IMG/VR virus record: IMGVR_UViG_3300024518_003743
Span: 1-62,867 of that record
Length of the DNA stretch: 62,867 bases
Direction: 5' to 3' (one strand)
Source of the DNA: a virus
Taxonomy: Duplodnaviria > Caudoviricetes
Below the pieces are notes generated by a model. The model was not told the DNA's origin. It did no database searches and saw only the letters and a program-made list of their open reading frames with translations. Positions 38,401 through 48,620 of the stretch are shown here, piece by piece. The stretch's first letter is position 1, and each line of letters starts with the position of its first letter. Position numbers and translations under genes: made by a program.

Positions 38401-39895
38401 GCCCAGAATCCGGACACCCAAGGCTATTTACCTTTCCTTGAGACTTTGATCCGTCGTCTAGTATGTTTTGGAACCCACATTTGTCCGTCTTACTGACAGC
38501 ATCTTCCAAATCGAATATCTCATGCGTCTGAGTTACGGCACTCTGCAGGTTTGCTGCCTCGGCAGTTCCGAAATACGAGAGCAGTTGAGAGTCGACGTCT
38601 GCCTCAGCTCTTCTGTTCGGTATTTGGAAGTTCTGAATCCCAGCATCGTCCTCGGCAAAACCTCGACCGCCAAGTGCGTCGAATAGGTTTACAGCAAAGC
38701 TGAACCTCTCTCCGCCGGTGTAGTTTTTGTAGTACGTGTGATTCACCGGGTCGTTGTGCCCTGCTTTTCCGAGCTTCTGAACGATTGGGAAAATCTTCTT
38801 GCCATTGAACTCGTCAAATACAAGGTTAGTCTCTTTTGAAGCGGTGCTGTAGTTCATTAGAACTATCTTCTTGTCGTGGTATCTGATTGCTTTCGCTTTC
38901 TCGATAAACGACAATTCGCTTTCTCCTTCTCCGTCAGCAAGGGTGTCTTCTACGTTTGATTGAATCGGGTCAACAAACTCTCGAACAGATATCTCCCCTG
39001 GAGAAACCTCAAGTTTTGCGATTACCTCTCCTTGCGGAACAAAGTCAAGACCTCCAGCAGCCTGATAGGACACTCGACGGATCTCAATAAAATCATAGTT
39101 AACCAGATTCGTAATTCGAAACTTAAGCTTAATCCCGAAGCTCGTTGGAGCTGTTACGTCAGGACTGTCGCCATAACTCTTCGTATACGGGTACTGGTTG
39201 CTTCCTGTTCCCGACCCTTGAAGCACAGGAATTGGAGGGGTTTGGTGCCCCCAGTTTGTTCGGTCTCCTTCGTCATTAACGTATCTAAGAGAGTACTGAT
39301 AAGAGCCTATAGGAAGTCCGCCTCCGCCCCCGACATTCTCAAGACCTGTAAAAACAGGGATGTCAAGTGGAGAATCTAGATTTACCGTGTATAAAGCTGG
39401 ATTGAAGTTCGTGAAATACTTGTCAGGGTCTAGCGTGAGTGAGTCGATGATGTCCTGAATGTTGAATATCATCGGAGTCGTGTTATTGTCGGTGATATAC
39501 CACTCTCCTCCTTTACAGTTCTCGTTTCTGTCACACTGGATAGGGAAGTCCACTAGCCAAGGCATGTCTGGGGACTGACCCATTATAACGCCGTCGATAC
39601 GGATGATTGGAGCCTCTGCCCCATTTCTATCCACCCAGATTTCAACAATGTTCTTGTTAATATCTTTTTCACCTATGCAAACCCAATCGCCAGGAATGTT
39701 CTGAGCTGGGAACTCAACCTCTTCTCCGCGAATCTTAACGTGTGATCGTTTTCCGCCAGTAGAATCGGATATGCGACCGTTCTTACTGTCGTAGTATTCT
39801 CCGTCATTATCGGCACCAGAAAGCTCAGGGTCAATGTCAACATTCGCCCCTTTCCAGTTCGATTTTGCGTCTTTTGGATGGTGTTCCGTCTTCAT
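35426..39895 (-). CDS. tail nozzle/muzzle (P22 gp10 / crAss muzzle-like) protein
   Basis: 1489 aa, beta-rich; GGGGLPIGSYQYSLRY...TNW motif; position after ring proteins. Confidence 0.7.
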   Translation of the reverse strand: MKTEHHPKDAKSNWKGANVDIDPELSGADNDGEYYDSKNGRISDSTGGKRSHVKIRGEEVEFPAQNIPGDWVCIGEKDINKNIVEIWVDRNGAEAPIIRIDGVIMGQSPDMPWLVDFPIQCDRNENCKGGEWYITDNNTTPMIFNIQDIIDSLTLDPDKYFTNFNPALYTVNLDSPLDIPVFTGLENVGGGGGLPIGSYQYSLRYVNDEGDRTNWGHQTPPIPVLQGSGTGSNQYPYTKSYGDSPDVTAPTSFGIKLKFRITNLVNYDFIEIRRVSYQAAGGLDFVPQGEVIAKLEVSPGEISVREFVDPIQSNVEDTLADGEGESELSFIEKAKAIRYHDKKIVLMNYSTASKETNLVFDEFNGKKIFPIVQKLGKAGHNDPVNHTYYKNYTGGERFSFAVNLFDALGGRGFAEDDAGIQNFQIPNRRAEADVDSQLLSYFGTAEAANLQSAVTQTHEIFDLEDAVSKTDKCGFQNILDDGSKSQGKVNSLGCPDSGHGLFVGGDEIGYDPYRPTDQNDSTGDHNYQVNFEADAGPVTRAYNPEGFAPNYYAHGVAIGGISNLPSWAKAFSVVRTAPAGRVVCQGIGSYALNQGDFNAAGNASAATKDQDKFWFFSPDIEAGIISQSVIDDISSNPQNYSVQVVSPLGFFSEVYSFEENSLLSARDRLVDMITYARVLHDEGQINPGEDPGMGVGSGGNRYVAYNKYRNSHAAGGGAFVGPDGGDTLISIDSIASVTEGRGVYYELSLTGNVYNAGGSGGTGNNDFDDAGLKDFTEPMYIINIVQDGKNVIDQNIDQYYGTGHYQKVESIIGQADGTPDQFFELVDERWEDCIPDLSSTGPRAADEVFVYLQDGAGNIEVFMDSTFLTAAQVTAILTDITTNGFYAAALGNEVVGLYTHTNAGDTAFTVEFNVPNFYPTVDQKILVRYDNRRPIRVFGGDSTVGEAIFSPIDREADASDNAEDTQFVFNIGFPFRKYEINPRQYIVARTTGINKIQDINKGSLGYIRQLCIMFACESRVAVHYAHNGATSDQYFPLTHYIMRPNRFDNSSFATGVIEDIASDNNMFEDYFEDYPLEYSIWKFGGLRFMQNINLDYAVRGPIEFLSKPDFGFEEENDFCTGVTWSLSRAINQQDSPGLKTFLSLNRFDLDDDDGEIKKAWDATTPGKGDNLYAICESGICLILTNKTILSSLEANDLSTLASDRFVGGQYWLDHEVGSSDEMWRGMGEGTMDIITEDGRVKQEALYIPNNHSVYRLMSNVVKDIAKDTYFSRLNPVLIRMRAGYLDRIAGGVNHNHNEYWLQLDPQRLPEFLVEGETERDSVDSETFVFAQDTNHWLGSFDYKFDTYLFSDNDMYGFRGLETYKLERGFEINGGPIEYSLITNYSPSPAVEKEYIRFEVMTGKRGEQKPSRIEFLDEDRDLVCALDPGIQGPLYLKQYDGWGQQIPRKDLSVSATRDRVQARLLFCKVIHIFEEDFKVVETVLQYKPIK

Positions 39896-40698
39896 TAGTA
39901 GTTCATTCTAGCTAGGTACTCTTTAAAGTCTTGTCGCTGTTTGTTACTCAGTGCGCTTACCCTGTGCTCAGCCTTAGCCCAGCTACCGTCAAACGGCTTG
40001 TCTTTTCTGGATGTTATTTTCGCCTGTATGGTGCTCCACTTGTTAAATTCAACACCTTCTGCGTCTGCAATCCTAGTGTCTAGCCCTGCTTCGGAAACGT
40101 AGTCTTTAACCGCCTGACGAAGCATGTTCGGTATAACCGGCAAGTCTCCAATATCAGCGCCCATTCCGTTGAATTCAATCAATATTTTTCCAAACTTTCT
40201 ACAGCTCTCGCTAAGCATGATTACGCCCTGCTGTACATTGAAGAAGAAGAGCTCATTGACTCCACCTACGCCCGTAAGGTTGTTATCTCTTCCTAGCCGG
40301 TTTGTAGCGCCTCTGAATCTGTCCCTGTGAAAAGGGTCGTTGTGGTTGTCGAGCCTGTCTTTAGCAACAAAGCCGTTTCCAGACTTAGAATTGATAAAGT
40401 TTCTCTTCCAGTACACGTTTTGGCTTCTTGAGATGTCGCACTCTGTTCCGTTGAACAGGTACATGTTCTTTAGGTTAAACGCGCCCTTAGGCATGTCTAG
40501 CCTCAGGTCTGCAGGAACCTCAAAAACCTCGCTTCTCTCGTCGAAATAAGTGTCGAACGAAAGCTCTTCTAGAGCCTGCTGAATCTGAGATACATAGAAC
40601 CCTCTAGAGTTCACCTTGAATGATGAGTCCTTTACGATCTTCAAAACGTCAGCCAAAATCTCGTTGACCGTCACAAAGCTTTGTCTGCTAAAATCCAT
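39895..40698 (-). CDS. tail ring/adaptor (tubular) protein
   Basis: FVTVNEIL start, LPVIP...QAVKDYV helix; position after capsid genes. Confidence 0.6.
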   Translation of the reverse strand: MDFSRQSFVTVNEILADVLKIVKDSSFKVNSRGFYVSQIQQALEELSFDTYFDERSEVFEVPADLRLDMPKGAFNLKNMYLFNGTECDISRSQNVYWKRNFINSKSGNGFVAKDRLDNHNDPFHRDRFRGATNRLGRDNNLTGVGGVNELFFFNVQQGVIMLSESCRKFGKILIEFNGMGADIGDLPVIPNMLRQAVKDYVSEAGLDTRIADAEGVEFNKWSTIQAKITSRKDKPFDGSWAKAEHRVSALSNKQRQDFKEYLARMNY

Positions 40699-41432
40699 TA
40701 CTTATTGGTTGGAGCGTCTTGGCTCAATTCGTTAACACTAACCAACTTATTAGTTGGAACTCTTTTATTTGTGGTGCTGTCTGCACCGTCATTCACTCGC
40801 TCTTGAGGAATAAGAAGCACAAATCTACCCAAGTCGAGCACTTGTCTCTTAAGCTGAATCAACAGCTCTTCCGGGAAATCGAACGGCTCATCCAAATCAA
40901 CCTTTGTGATTGGATCAAACGTGCTATAAATTCCGATTTCAATTTGCGTTACATTAACGCATTCGAGCCCAAGCAAATATAAGTGGTCTCCCGTTCTATA
41001 CCAGTACGGGTTCTTCGGAGATGGCTTCTCATATTTTGTGTAATACAGTCTCTCTGAATCTCCAGGGGTAGTTCGTAAAATCTTTTTATGCGTAAAAGGC
41101 GGCGGACACCCCTCTGCCTTCTCCTCGATGTAGTACGACATGTACTCAACTCCGTTGTCCTTATCATAATCATAAATACTCTTTGGGAGTATAATGTGTT
41201 TCCGGCCCTTGATTTCGTTCGGATTAGCGTTGACAGCATGAACCTGTACGGGAACAATAAAAGTGCTCAGGAACGCCCCAGAATCTCTTTTGGCGATGTG
41301 TTGAGACTTTAGTCGATTACCAAGCATCAGCGTCCAGTAAGCAACTTGTGACTTCTGAACTATCTTGTCATCGAAGGTCTGTTTTAGATCCTTCGCAATG
41401 TCGTCTACGATATGTCTTAAGAGTGTTGCCAT
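40698..41432 (-). CDS. tail ring protein
   Basis: DLDEPFDFPEELLIQL...ND motif resembles crAss-like ring proteins. Confidence 0.6.
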   Translation of the reverse strand: MATLLRHIVDDIAKDLKQTFDDKIVQKSQVAYWTLMLGNRLKSQHIAKRDSGAFLSTFIVPVQVHAVNANPNEIKGRKHIILPKSIYDYDKDNGVEYMSYYIEEKAEGCPPPFTHKKILRTTPGDSERLYYTKYEKPSPKNPYWYRTGDHLYLLGLECVNVTQIEIGIYSTFDPITKVDLDEPFDFPEELLIQLKRQVLDLGRFVLLIPQERVNDGADSTTNKRVPTNKLVSVNELSQDAPTNK

Positions 41433-42187
41433 TACATCATGAGTTGAACTAGGTCAGCAATGTCCTTTGTGGTAACATTGTACAAATTAGTTTGGTCCCC
41501 CTGCTTGAAAGCGATGAAGTTCAATGCTTTCTGAACAATCAGGTTTATCATCGTATCAGGAAACTCTATTGAGTCTGTCTGCTGAGTGATAGGGCTAGGG
41601 TATTTTAAATAAGTAACACCCACGAACTGACCAGCAGCCGAAGGACGAACCTCTATTTCCGATCCAGGAGTGCTGTACGACGTAGAGCCATAGTTTGCGT
41701 CAGTAAGGTACGCATAGCTAACAAGAGAGCCTGTAAGGATGTTGTTTCCAGCCTCAAATACGTTTTTCTTATTCTCGTCCCATTCTTCGAGTGTTAGCCT
41801 TCTCGCAGACTGTTCGCTGTCCACATAACTAAGACCATCCATGAATGCTGAATCTTCCGGGTTCGAAAGGAGGGCTGGGGCTGTGCTAGGGTACACAGTA
41901 GCCAGTGGGTTTACTCTCATCACCGTCCAAACCTTATCCGTAAAGTTCGGCTGGTTAAAAGCTATTCTTGAAAATTGACTAGCTTGAAATATTCTAACGA
42001 AAATTAGCTCTCTGAAATTTTCTCCAGAGAGCTTCTTCTCATCAAAAGCTTTATTTACAACAGCAGATAAAAACTCAACAGAATAGTTGATTGCTGGTTT
42101 GAGATCCTGCTCAAAAAGATAACGGTCAGAACCCTCGGCGTCCAAAGCTGATTTAATCCGTTCTATTACGCTCTGAACTTGTATCAT
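41432..42187 (-). CDS. tail ring / head-tail adaptor protein
   Basis: YLKYPSPI...EFPDTMINLIVQKAL motif. Confidence 0.6.
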   Translation of the reverse strand: MIQVQSVIERIKSALDAEGSDRYLFEQDLKPAINYSVEFLSAVVNKAFDEKKLSGENFRELIFVRIFQASQFSRIAFNQPNFTDKVWTVMRVNPLATVYPSTAPALLSNPEDSAFMDGLSYVDSEQSARRLTLEEWDENKKNVFEAGNNILTGSLVSYAYLTDANYGSTSYSTPGSEIEVRPSAAGQFVGVTYLKYPSPITQQTDSIEFPDTMINLIVQKALNFIAFKQGDQTNLYNVTTKDIADLVQLMM

Positions 42188-42198
42188 TCATTTTAGTT

Positions 42199-43026
42199 TT
42201 ATCCAGGCACTTCGCCTAATAGTTTCTCGGCTTTTTGAGTTTCTACAAGCCTCATTTGAGACTCGCTTTTCTCTCTAGCCATTTCCTCTTCAGCCAGCTT
42301 GTTGGCTAATGCAATTCGCATATCGTTCACGTTCTCCATCATTCCGATTCCGTGAGCTTTTGCCGTCCTTGCAACTCCAAACTGATCCTGAGCCTTCAAA
42401 GAAGTCATGTACTTGGCAAGCTTCGCAGCCTTTCTAGCATCCATGCTAAGAGCTTCTTCAGCTCTCGAGTAGAAGATGGTGCCATAATAGGTGTGCTCCA
42501 TCAACCACGCTGCCTCCTTCTTGCTTTTACAGACGTAAATAGAAAAGTTGAACAACTCAACCTCTTTACCCGCTTGTCGTCTTCTCGTTGCTTGATATTT
42601 GAAAATGATCTCCTTTCCAAAAGGAGTTCTAACAGGGAGCCCCTGTCTGATATCATCAACAATCACATAACCTGTTTTATGTGCGTAAAAGACAATTTCT
42701 TCACCCTGGTCCAGCAAATCGTCTGGGTCAAGGTCTGCAACATCCACGTATCCGTGTCCGGAACCATACTTATCGGCGTCAGACTTAGCGCTCATTGCTT
42801 CAATGGCCTCCATGGCCTTTAGCAACGCTTTATTGTCTTGTGGCGCCTCTACCGGTTGTCTCTCCCTCTTCTCGAAGGCGTCTAACCGTTCCTGCATCTT
42901 CTTCATCTGAGATAGAATCTCATCTGCTGATGGAGGGGCTGGTGCTTCTGCTGGGTTTGTATTTGTATTTGCCGGTTCTTGTGGCAAACGTTCTTCTGGT
43001 TTCTGTTCGTCTCTTTCTAGAGCCAT
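42199..43026 (-). CDS. hypothetical protein downstream of major capsid
   Basis: 275-aa ORF in head-tail block. Confidence 0.6.
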   Translation of the reverse strand: MALERDEQKPEERLPQEPANTNTNPAEAPAPPSADEILSQMKKMQERLDAFEKRERQPVEAPQDNKALLKAMEAIEAMSAKSDADKYGSGHGYVDVADLDPDDLLDQGEEIVFYAHKTGYVIVDDIRQGLPVRTPFGKEIIFKYQATRRRQAGKEVELFNFSIYVCKSKKEAAWLMEHTYYGTIFYSRAEEALSMDARKAAKLAKYMTSLKAQDQFGVARTAKAHGIGMMENVNDMRIALANKLAEEEMAREKSESQMRLVETQKAEKLLGEVPG

Positions 43027-43048
43027 CTTTTCTGCTTTATCTGAAGTT

Positions 43049-43077
43049 AAAAAAAAGCCAGGGCCGAAGCCCCGGCT
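43049..43077 (-). terminator. intrinsic terminator after major capsid gene
   Basis: AGCCGGGGC-TTCG-GCCCTGGCT followed by a T run. Confidence 0.85.
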
Positions 43078-43084
43078 AAAAATT

Positions 43085-44356
43085 CTATTGGATATCCAAA
43101 ATGAAGGATGCCAATGGGTTGTTGAATCGGATGCTCAACTGTCCACCTACCCAAAAGTCGATGAAGTCTCTGAAGCTACCTTTTTCAAGGTCGTCAGTTT
43201 GTCCCATTTCAAATGCAGGCAAGCCTTTCATTTTCTTTGGAGCTACTGTCTCCTGATCCAAAACAATCACTCTTCGTTGCCAGTCTGCTGGGAAGCAAGA
43301 CTCTTCACGCCAAAGCTCACAAGGAACTAGAACGTAGTTTGAAGTACCCAACTCAATTCGCTTAAGGTTCAACTTAGCGATTTCGTCGTTCGGCTCGTAA
43401 CGAAGTCCAGGCTGCTTGTACACCTTCGAGAACTCGTTCAAAATTTGATCGGTTCCGTAGATGAAGCGTGTCGCCCCTTCTTTCTTGAAGTTAGTTGAGA
43501 AAGCAAGCGTCTCGAAAGCCGACTGCAAACCTGCAACTGTTGGATTCGACGTTGCAGATCCAGCCGCAATCATCGAAGGATAGATACCACCCATTGCTTT
43601 CGCAACATGGCTGTTAGCGATGGCGTATTCCCCACGCTCACCATTCCAGAAAGAGTTGAACATGTCAATTCTTAACTGCTTCATTTTCTCCTCTTTGTCT
43701 ACGTTGAGGTAGTTCGTAGTTCCAGAGTTTTTATACTTCTGAAGCTCTCTACGTGCCCATCTCTGAGCTCTCAAGAAGAACTGAACGTAGTTGTAACGAG
43801 TGATCGTTTCCAAACGCTCGTAGTTAGAGAAAGAATCCATACCGTCGGCACGAATCGTTGACTGAATGGAGAATATGTCTCCAATCGCTACCGCAGGAAG
43901 ACCCGCGTTGGTTAGTGAGTTAACCGTGATATCGGCAGCACCGACAGCGGCAACAACACCGTGTGAACCATCTGGAAAGATGATAACCAAATCCGGAGAA
44001 ACATGCGCGATGCTCGCCGCAGTCATCGGGATGACCTGAGTTTGGTTAGTTCCTGGAACCGCCGCAGCAGCACCTACAATAGCAGTTGCCTCAAGAGGAC
44101 TTCTACCGAAAGTGTGTTCCAAATATTCGAATTCATCATTGTTCACATCCTCGAAAGGCTTCATGAACAACAACTTCAAGGTATCGAATTGTGCCGGAGC
44201 AGCATCGAAAAGGGTACTCTGAATCGCTTTCGCAATCAGGTTAGCCTCTGTTACCGAGAATTGTGATTCAACACCGTAAAACGATGCTTGTGGGTTGGTG
44301 TTTTGGTTACCAAAAGGGATGTTCCCTGGACCCGGAGTGTAATTAGTATTACTCAT
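43085..44356 (-). CDS. major capsid protein (SU10/DUF5309-like, HK97 fold)
   Basis: FEYLE, RYNYVQFF, FWNGER, AMGGI motifs; follows scaffold; own terminator. Confidence 0.8.
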   Translation of the reverse strand: MSNTNYTPGPGNIPFGNQNTNPQASFYGVESQFSVTEANLIAKAIQSTLFDAAPAQFDTLKLLFMKPFEDVNNDEFEYLEHTFGRSPLEATAIVGAAAAVPGTNQTQVIPMTAASIAHVSPDLVIIFPDGSHGVVAAVGAADITVNSLTNAGLPAVAIGDIFSIQSTIRADGMDSFSNYERLETITRYNYVQFFLRAQRWARRELQKYKNSGTTNYLNVDKEEKMKQLRIDMFNSFWNGERGEYAIANSHVAKAMGGIYPSMIAAGSATSNPTVAGLQSAFETLAFSTNFKKEGATRFIYGTDQILNEFSKVYKQPGLRYEPNDEIAKLNLKRIELGTSNYVLVPCELWREESCFPADWQRRVIVLDQETVAPKKMKGLPAFEMGQTDDLEKGSFRDFIDFWVGGQLSIRFNNPLASFILDIQ

Positions 44357-44377
44357 TACTTTTTAGTTTAGTTTGAC

Positions 44378-45658
44378 TTAATAAGTGTTTCTCTTGTTAA
44401 GCCCTCCTGTAATAATGTCGATATGATTCAATACCTCTGGTCTTACTTCTTCTGCAGAAGCTGAAGATCCACCGCCTGCTGCTGGTGGAGTGTCAGCTCC
44501 TCTTGATAGAATCTCTTGTCGCTCTGAGCTTTCAGCGGCTCTAGTAGCAATGGTCTGATATTGTGTCATCAGTCCCATGCCGTCCTTAGCCATGACCGCT
44601 CTTTCAACTGCGTCGGGTTTATAAGTACCATCAGCCTCAAAAAACAAATCTCGGATAAGTGTGTCCAACATTCCTTTCTTGATGTCCTGAATATACTGGT
44701 CGCTGACGCCTTCAATTCTTCCTGCGAAATTAGCTACTGAAGCTTCTAGTGATTGATTAACAGCGGTTGTTGTTTTCGCTGCGTCATCTATCGTTTTCTG
44801 CGTTCTTAAAGCTATTCCGGCTTTATCACTACCAAACTGATTCTTCACAGAATCAAGCGCAGTGTTAATGGCTAGTTTAACGTTCTGATCTCCATCAGCA
44901 TCGTTATATTCTTCCCATTGTTCTTTTGTAAAAGACTTCCCATAAGCATTCAGTAGCTCTTGGTCTTTGTAGTCTGATACTTCTTTTTGAAAGTCGAGAG
45001 CTGGTCTGCTTACCAAGTCCTCTCTCCATTCTTTACCTTTACTGAACGAGTCTATTGCCTGATAGAGCTCTGGCGGCATTGTTTTGAACAATCCCTCCAT
45101 TCCTTCTAACTTCTTAGACGTTCCCTCAGTGGTCTTTTCAACTTCTCTTAGCCTCATCACCTCTGTGTTGAGACTTGAAAAATCTTCGATTCCAAGATTC
45201 TCCTTTAAATACGAATTAACCTGTTCAAGGTTTTCGATTTGCGGAGCTGGAGTCTGTGATTCAGGAGCTTTATCCCCAAGTTCCACTGGCTTTTCCCCAA
45301 AAATAGGGCTAGTTATGGTAACTTTTTCTGGCTCTTCCGCTGGTGGAGGAGCATCGTTGGCTGGAGGTGTGTTCTCTCCTGCCGGTGGAGCTTCCTGATT
45401 TTCTGGTACAGGCGGTGCTGCTGGTGTTTCTTCTACTACCGGTGGGGCCTCATTTGGAGGAGGTTCGTTCGCTGGAGGAGTATTCTGCTCCTGCTGTTGT
45501 CTCATCTCACCTAAAGCGTTTGCTAGTGCTGACCCTCCGCTCATACCCTGAAGGGCATTTAGGGCTGGATTGTTAGGTAGCGCTGGCGGTGCTGTCGCCG
45601 GTGTCTGGTTTTCTGCTGGTGCTGATGCCTGTGGTGCACTTACTGTTTCGTCTGCCAT
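44378..45658 (-). CDS. capsid scaffolding protein
   Basis: Pro/Glu-rich disordered N-terminus, helical body; between portal and capsid. Confidence 0.7.
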   Translation of the reverse strand: MADETVSAPQASAPAENQTPATAPPALPNNPALNALQGMSGGSALANALGEMRQQQEQNTPPANEPPPNEAPPVVEETPAAPPVPENQEAPPAGENTPPANDAPPPAEEPEKVTITSPIFGEKPVELGDKAPESQTPAPQIENLEQVNSYLKENLGIEDFSSLNTEVMRLREVEKTTEGTSKKLEGMEGLFKTMPPELYQAIDSFSKGKEWREDLVSRPALDFQKEVSDYKDQELLNAYGKSFTKEQWEEYNDADGDQNVKLAINTALDSVKNQFGSDKAGIALRTQKTIDDAAKTTTAVNQSLEASVANFAGRIEGVSDQYIQDIKKGMLDTLIRDLFFEADGTYKPDAVERAVMAKDGMGLMTQYQTIATRAAESSERQEILSRGADTPPAAGGGSSASAEEVRPEVLNHIDIITGGLNKRNTY

Positions 45659-45677
45659 TCTTCTGATTATCTATTCA

Positions 45678-45685
45678 CAAATATA
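45678..45685 (-). promoter_or_regulatory. Bacteroidota -7 promoter (TATATTTG) for scaffold and capsid
   Basis: Exact TAnnTTTG in the portal-scaffold gap. Confidence 0.65.
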
Positions 45686-45697
45686 ATTAAAAATTCA

Positions 45698-47992
45698 TTA
45701 CGGCGCTGGGGTCGGAGAATTTTGTTGATTAGAAAAGTCCGCCATTCCCTTCGCGAAAATCTTATCTATCTCATGGTCTTGAGCTCGGGACTCTTTAGCG
45801 TCCTCTCTCTGCTCAAGCCTTCCCTGCTCCTGCTGAGCTCCCTGGACTGCCTGTTCTTGCGCTTGGGCGTCTTTCTGGGTCACTTGCTGGGTCGCTGCGC
45901 TGTTTCTTCTTTCCGCCTCAGCCTGAACTCCGGCAAGCCTTCTCATCGCTGAGGTTACCTGAGTTGGAGTTGATCGCCCAAATAGGTCGGTGAATGTTGT
46001 TCTGTCTATCATTTGAGACTCAAGGAAGATTGTGAGCATCTGGTCAGCCTGCTTTTTAAGCATTGCGTCTGCGTTCTCTCTCTCCACGAACGCGCGGAAG
46101 TCTTCTAGGTTCATGTCCTTAGAAAGCCTGATTACCTCAGCCGGTCCGTCTCCAACAGCTATTGATAGCGAGCGCTCATGCTCAATATAGTATCGTTTTC
46201 CAACTGTAGCGATGTGTTGGTACATCTGAACGAACACTCTAGCGATAGCGTCATAAAAAGGCTCTTGCATCAATGAACCACGCTGTATTAGTAGCTCTGT
46301 AACCCCAACAAGCTGGTCTTGACCAATCGATTCACCCTTAAGCCCCTCGTTAACACCTGTGGTGTTCTGGATGAGGTTCGACATGAGAGGAATGATGTTG
46401 AACATCTGGTGCACTCCGTTTGATATGGTCGCGTCGTATGAGCCCACTGAGTTCGGTATACCTCTACCTTTCGTTCGAACGGTAATCGGGTTACCCATGT
46501 TAATGTCTGCGTAAATCTGGTCTCTTTCCTGCGGGTTGATAGTGTCTTCATCAAGAATAACACCTGCACCCCCAGCATTGTTGAACTGAGACTCGATAAC
46601 CGATAAAATTCTGTTAATGAACCTTTGAGGGTCAATAGCGTCGTCTACCGGGCTGAAGATCTCTCCATCAACATAACCCCAAGCCATACACTTGAATGGG
46701 AACTTGACGTTTGACAAATCTTGATAGTCAGTTTCTTGGTACGGAGAAAGACCCCACTCAAGAGCAATGTCAAATGTCTCCTGCTCGTTATTCGAATTGA
46801 TTCTTCTCGCCCCAACAGTCTCCCCTGGAATGAATATGCAATATCTTAGAACATCAACGTAAAGCTTGCGCTTCTTCTTTCCGCCCTTGAACAGGACTCT
46901 ATTTTTCGCGCTGTCTGGTGGCGCAATAAGGTCTTTTTCGGTCCACTCAGGCTTTTCCTGCCCTGGCTTTGTGAAGTTGATTCTAACTAGGTACGGATAT
47001 CCATACTCGTCGAGCACCCATCCGTAGTCGTATCTATCAAAGTCCTTCCAGTACGTTTTGTAAACAGGGATTCTTCCTCCGCTGTTAGTTCTGTGGTCAA
47101 CTCCCCCGTGCAGGCTGTTTCCAGGCTCGGTGTTGAAGTTGGTGTCGCCGTTAGACATTACCGACAGGTAGTTCTCTACAGCCTTTCTAGATTCGTGGCT
47201 TATTTCCTCCCATCTCTCGAAAATCATTGAAGCATCCATCGGCGTAACCGTGCCCATGAAGTTTGCGTCAGTTAAATCCTGCTTTTCAGCATCTCTATCG
47301 AAAAAGAATTGGTTAGACTTTCTAGTTTCAAACCTCTGGTGCCCTCCGTGCTGAAATGCCTCGGAAACAATAAGACCTGTTAGCCCCAGGTTCTGAGCGA
47401 ACATGGTTTGCATGTTCTGAAATTCGTTCAGGTCAGCAACATACCTCATCAAAGAGTTCATTGCATCCACAAAGCTGTCTACATACAGATTGTTGTGGAT
47501 TTGAGTAGTTTCCTCTTCGTTTTCACCAATAGACCTGTCGAACTGGCGAACAACAGCTCCAAGTCCCGGAAATTGGTTTGCAACGTCTGTTTTGAATAGC
47601 TGCTTGGCCAAGGATTGCTCTCTTCGGTTAATCGATCGTTGAGATACGCTTTTCGCCGCAGCGTTTACGCTCAACCTAATAGCGTTACCTCTATACTGCT
47701 CAATAATTGGACGGATGAGGTTATGAACAATCTGGATTCTGTTTCTGGTCTGCCCAGTAGTGTCTTTTAAGAAGGCTTCGAGGTCTTCGTCCTCAATCCA
47801 TTGGTCTCCCTTGTAAAATCGCTTATTGATAGCGATAGACTGAAGCCAGTCATTGTGCTGGCTGTTGAATGCTTGTCCTACAGTCCATTTACCATAGTCT
47901 AGGTGATACTGTTCGTTGTTTGCCTTGTCGGGATAAGCCTTCTTATCCATCCGGTTTGGCTTGTTTGGTGTTGAGAGTACAAGGTGTGACAT
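45698..47992 (-). CDS. portal protein (P22/crAss-like)
   Basis: RFYKGDQW, HNLIRPII, DPQRFINR, TTGVNE; Gln-rich C-terminal helix. Confidence 0.85.
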   Translation of the reverse strand: MSHLVLSTPNKPNRMDKKAYPDKANNEQYHLDYGKWTVGQAFNSQHNDWLQSIAINKRFYKGDQWIEDEDLEAFLKDTTGQTRNRIQIVHNLIRPIIEQYRGNAIRLSVNAAAKSVSQRSINRREQSLAKQLFKTDVANQFPGLGAVVRQFDRSIGENEEETTQIHNNLYVDSFVDAMNSLMRYVADLNEFQNMQTMFAQNLGLTGLIVSEAFQHGGHQRFETRKSNQFFFDRDAEKQDLTDANFMGTVTPMDASMIFERWEEISHESRKAVENYLSVMSNGDTNFNTEPGNSLHGGVDHRTNSGGRIPVYKTYWKDFDRYDYGWVLDEYGYPYLVRINFTKPGQEKPEWTEKDLIAPPDSAKNRVLFKGGKKKRKLYVDVLRYCIFIPGETVGARRINSNNEQETFDIALEWGLSPYQETDYQDLSNVKFPFKCMAWGYVDGEIFSPVDDAIDPQRFINRILSVIESQFNNAGGAGVILDEDTINPQERDQIYADINMGNPITVRTKGRGIPNSVGSYDATISNGVHQMFNIIPLMSNLIQNTTGVNEGLKGESIGQDQLVGVTELLIQRGSLMQEPFYDAIARVFVQMYQHIATVGKRYYIEHERSLSIAVGDGPAEVIRLSKDMNLEDFRAFVERENADAMLKKQADQMLTIFLESQMIDRTTFTDLFGRSTPTQVTSAMRRLAGVQAEAERRNSAATQQVTQKDAQAQEQAVQGAQQEQGRLEQREDAKESRAQDHEIDKIFAKGMADFSNQQNSPTPAP

Positions 47993-48002
47993 AACAGTAT
48001 TC

Positions 48003-48620
48003 TTAGTTTGTTTGTTCGTGGTAATCGTCTGCTAATGAGTCCCCATCGTATTCATAGGCGTCCTCCTCTTCAATCTGTTTTTCTGTTACTCCGAACCCAT
48101 GCTCTGACTTAAGCACAATGGCGTCTAGGGCTTTTACAATATTGTTTTGCGATGTGACGTAGGCGTTCTTCTTTGTGTAGTCAACCTTCCCGTCTTCGCC
48201 GACAAATGAAGCATCTGTCATCTCTACGGAAGACAACCTGCTAAAGTTATTTAATGTGTTCTCAATAATCCTTCGTGAGATATCCCTAGCACTAGGATTA
48301 TACTTCGACATCCTGTCGATAGCTCTTTTGATTTTGGATCCAAAGTTACAACTAGCGAACTTATCCCTAACAGCAGGCTTCATCTGGTTTTCTTTTCCAA
48401 GGTGGTCAAAAGACCTCTTTAAAGCCTCTTCTGAACGAATTCTAGACCTTTCAACGTGAGATATTGGGCTCGCTTTACAAGCGAAGAACCAAACGAACAG
48501 GATTTCGGACTTGTTTAGGTCTTTCAATTCTGGCGCATCTTTGAGCTCAGGATAATCTTCCAGAAGACCTCTTTTCGTCTTCGGAGCAAATAATGATATA
48601 GACTCTTCTTTTTTTTCCAT
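48003..48620 (-). CDS. hypothetical protein between TerL and portal (possible small terminase)
   Basis: 205 aa, helical, acidic C-terminus; function inferred from position only. Confidence 0.45.
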   Translation of the reverse strand: MEKKEESISLFAPKTKRGLLEDYPELKDAPELKDLNKSEILFVWFFACKASPISHVERSRIRSEEALKRSFDHLGKENQMKPAVRDKFASCNFGSKIKRAIDRMSKYNPSARDISRRIIENTLNNFSRLSSVEMTDASFVGEDGKVDYTKKNAYVTSQNNIVKALDAIVLKSEHGFGVTEKQIEEEDAYEYDGDSLADDYHEQTN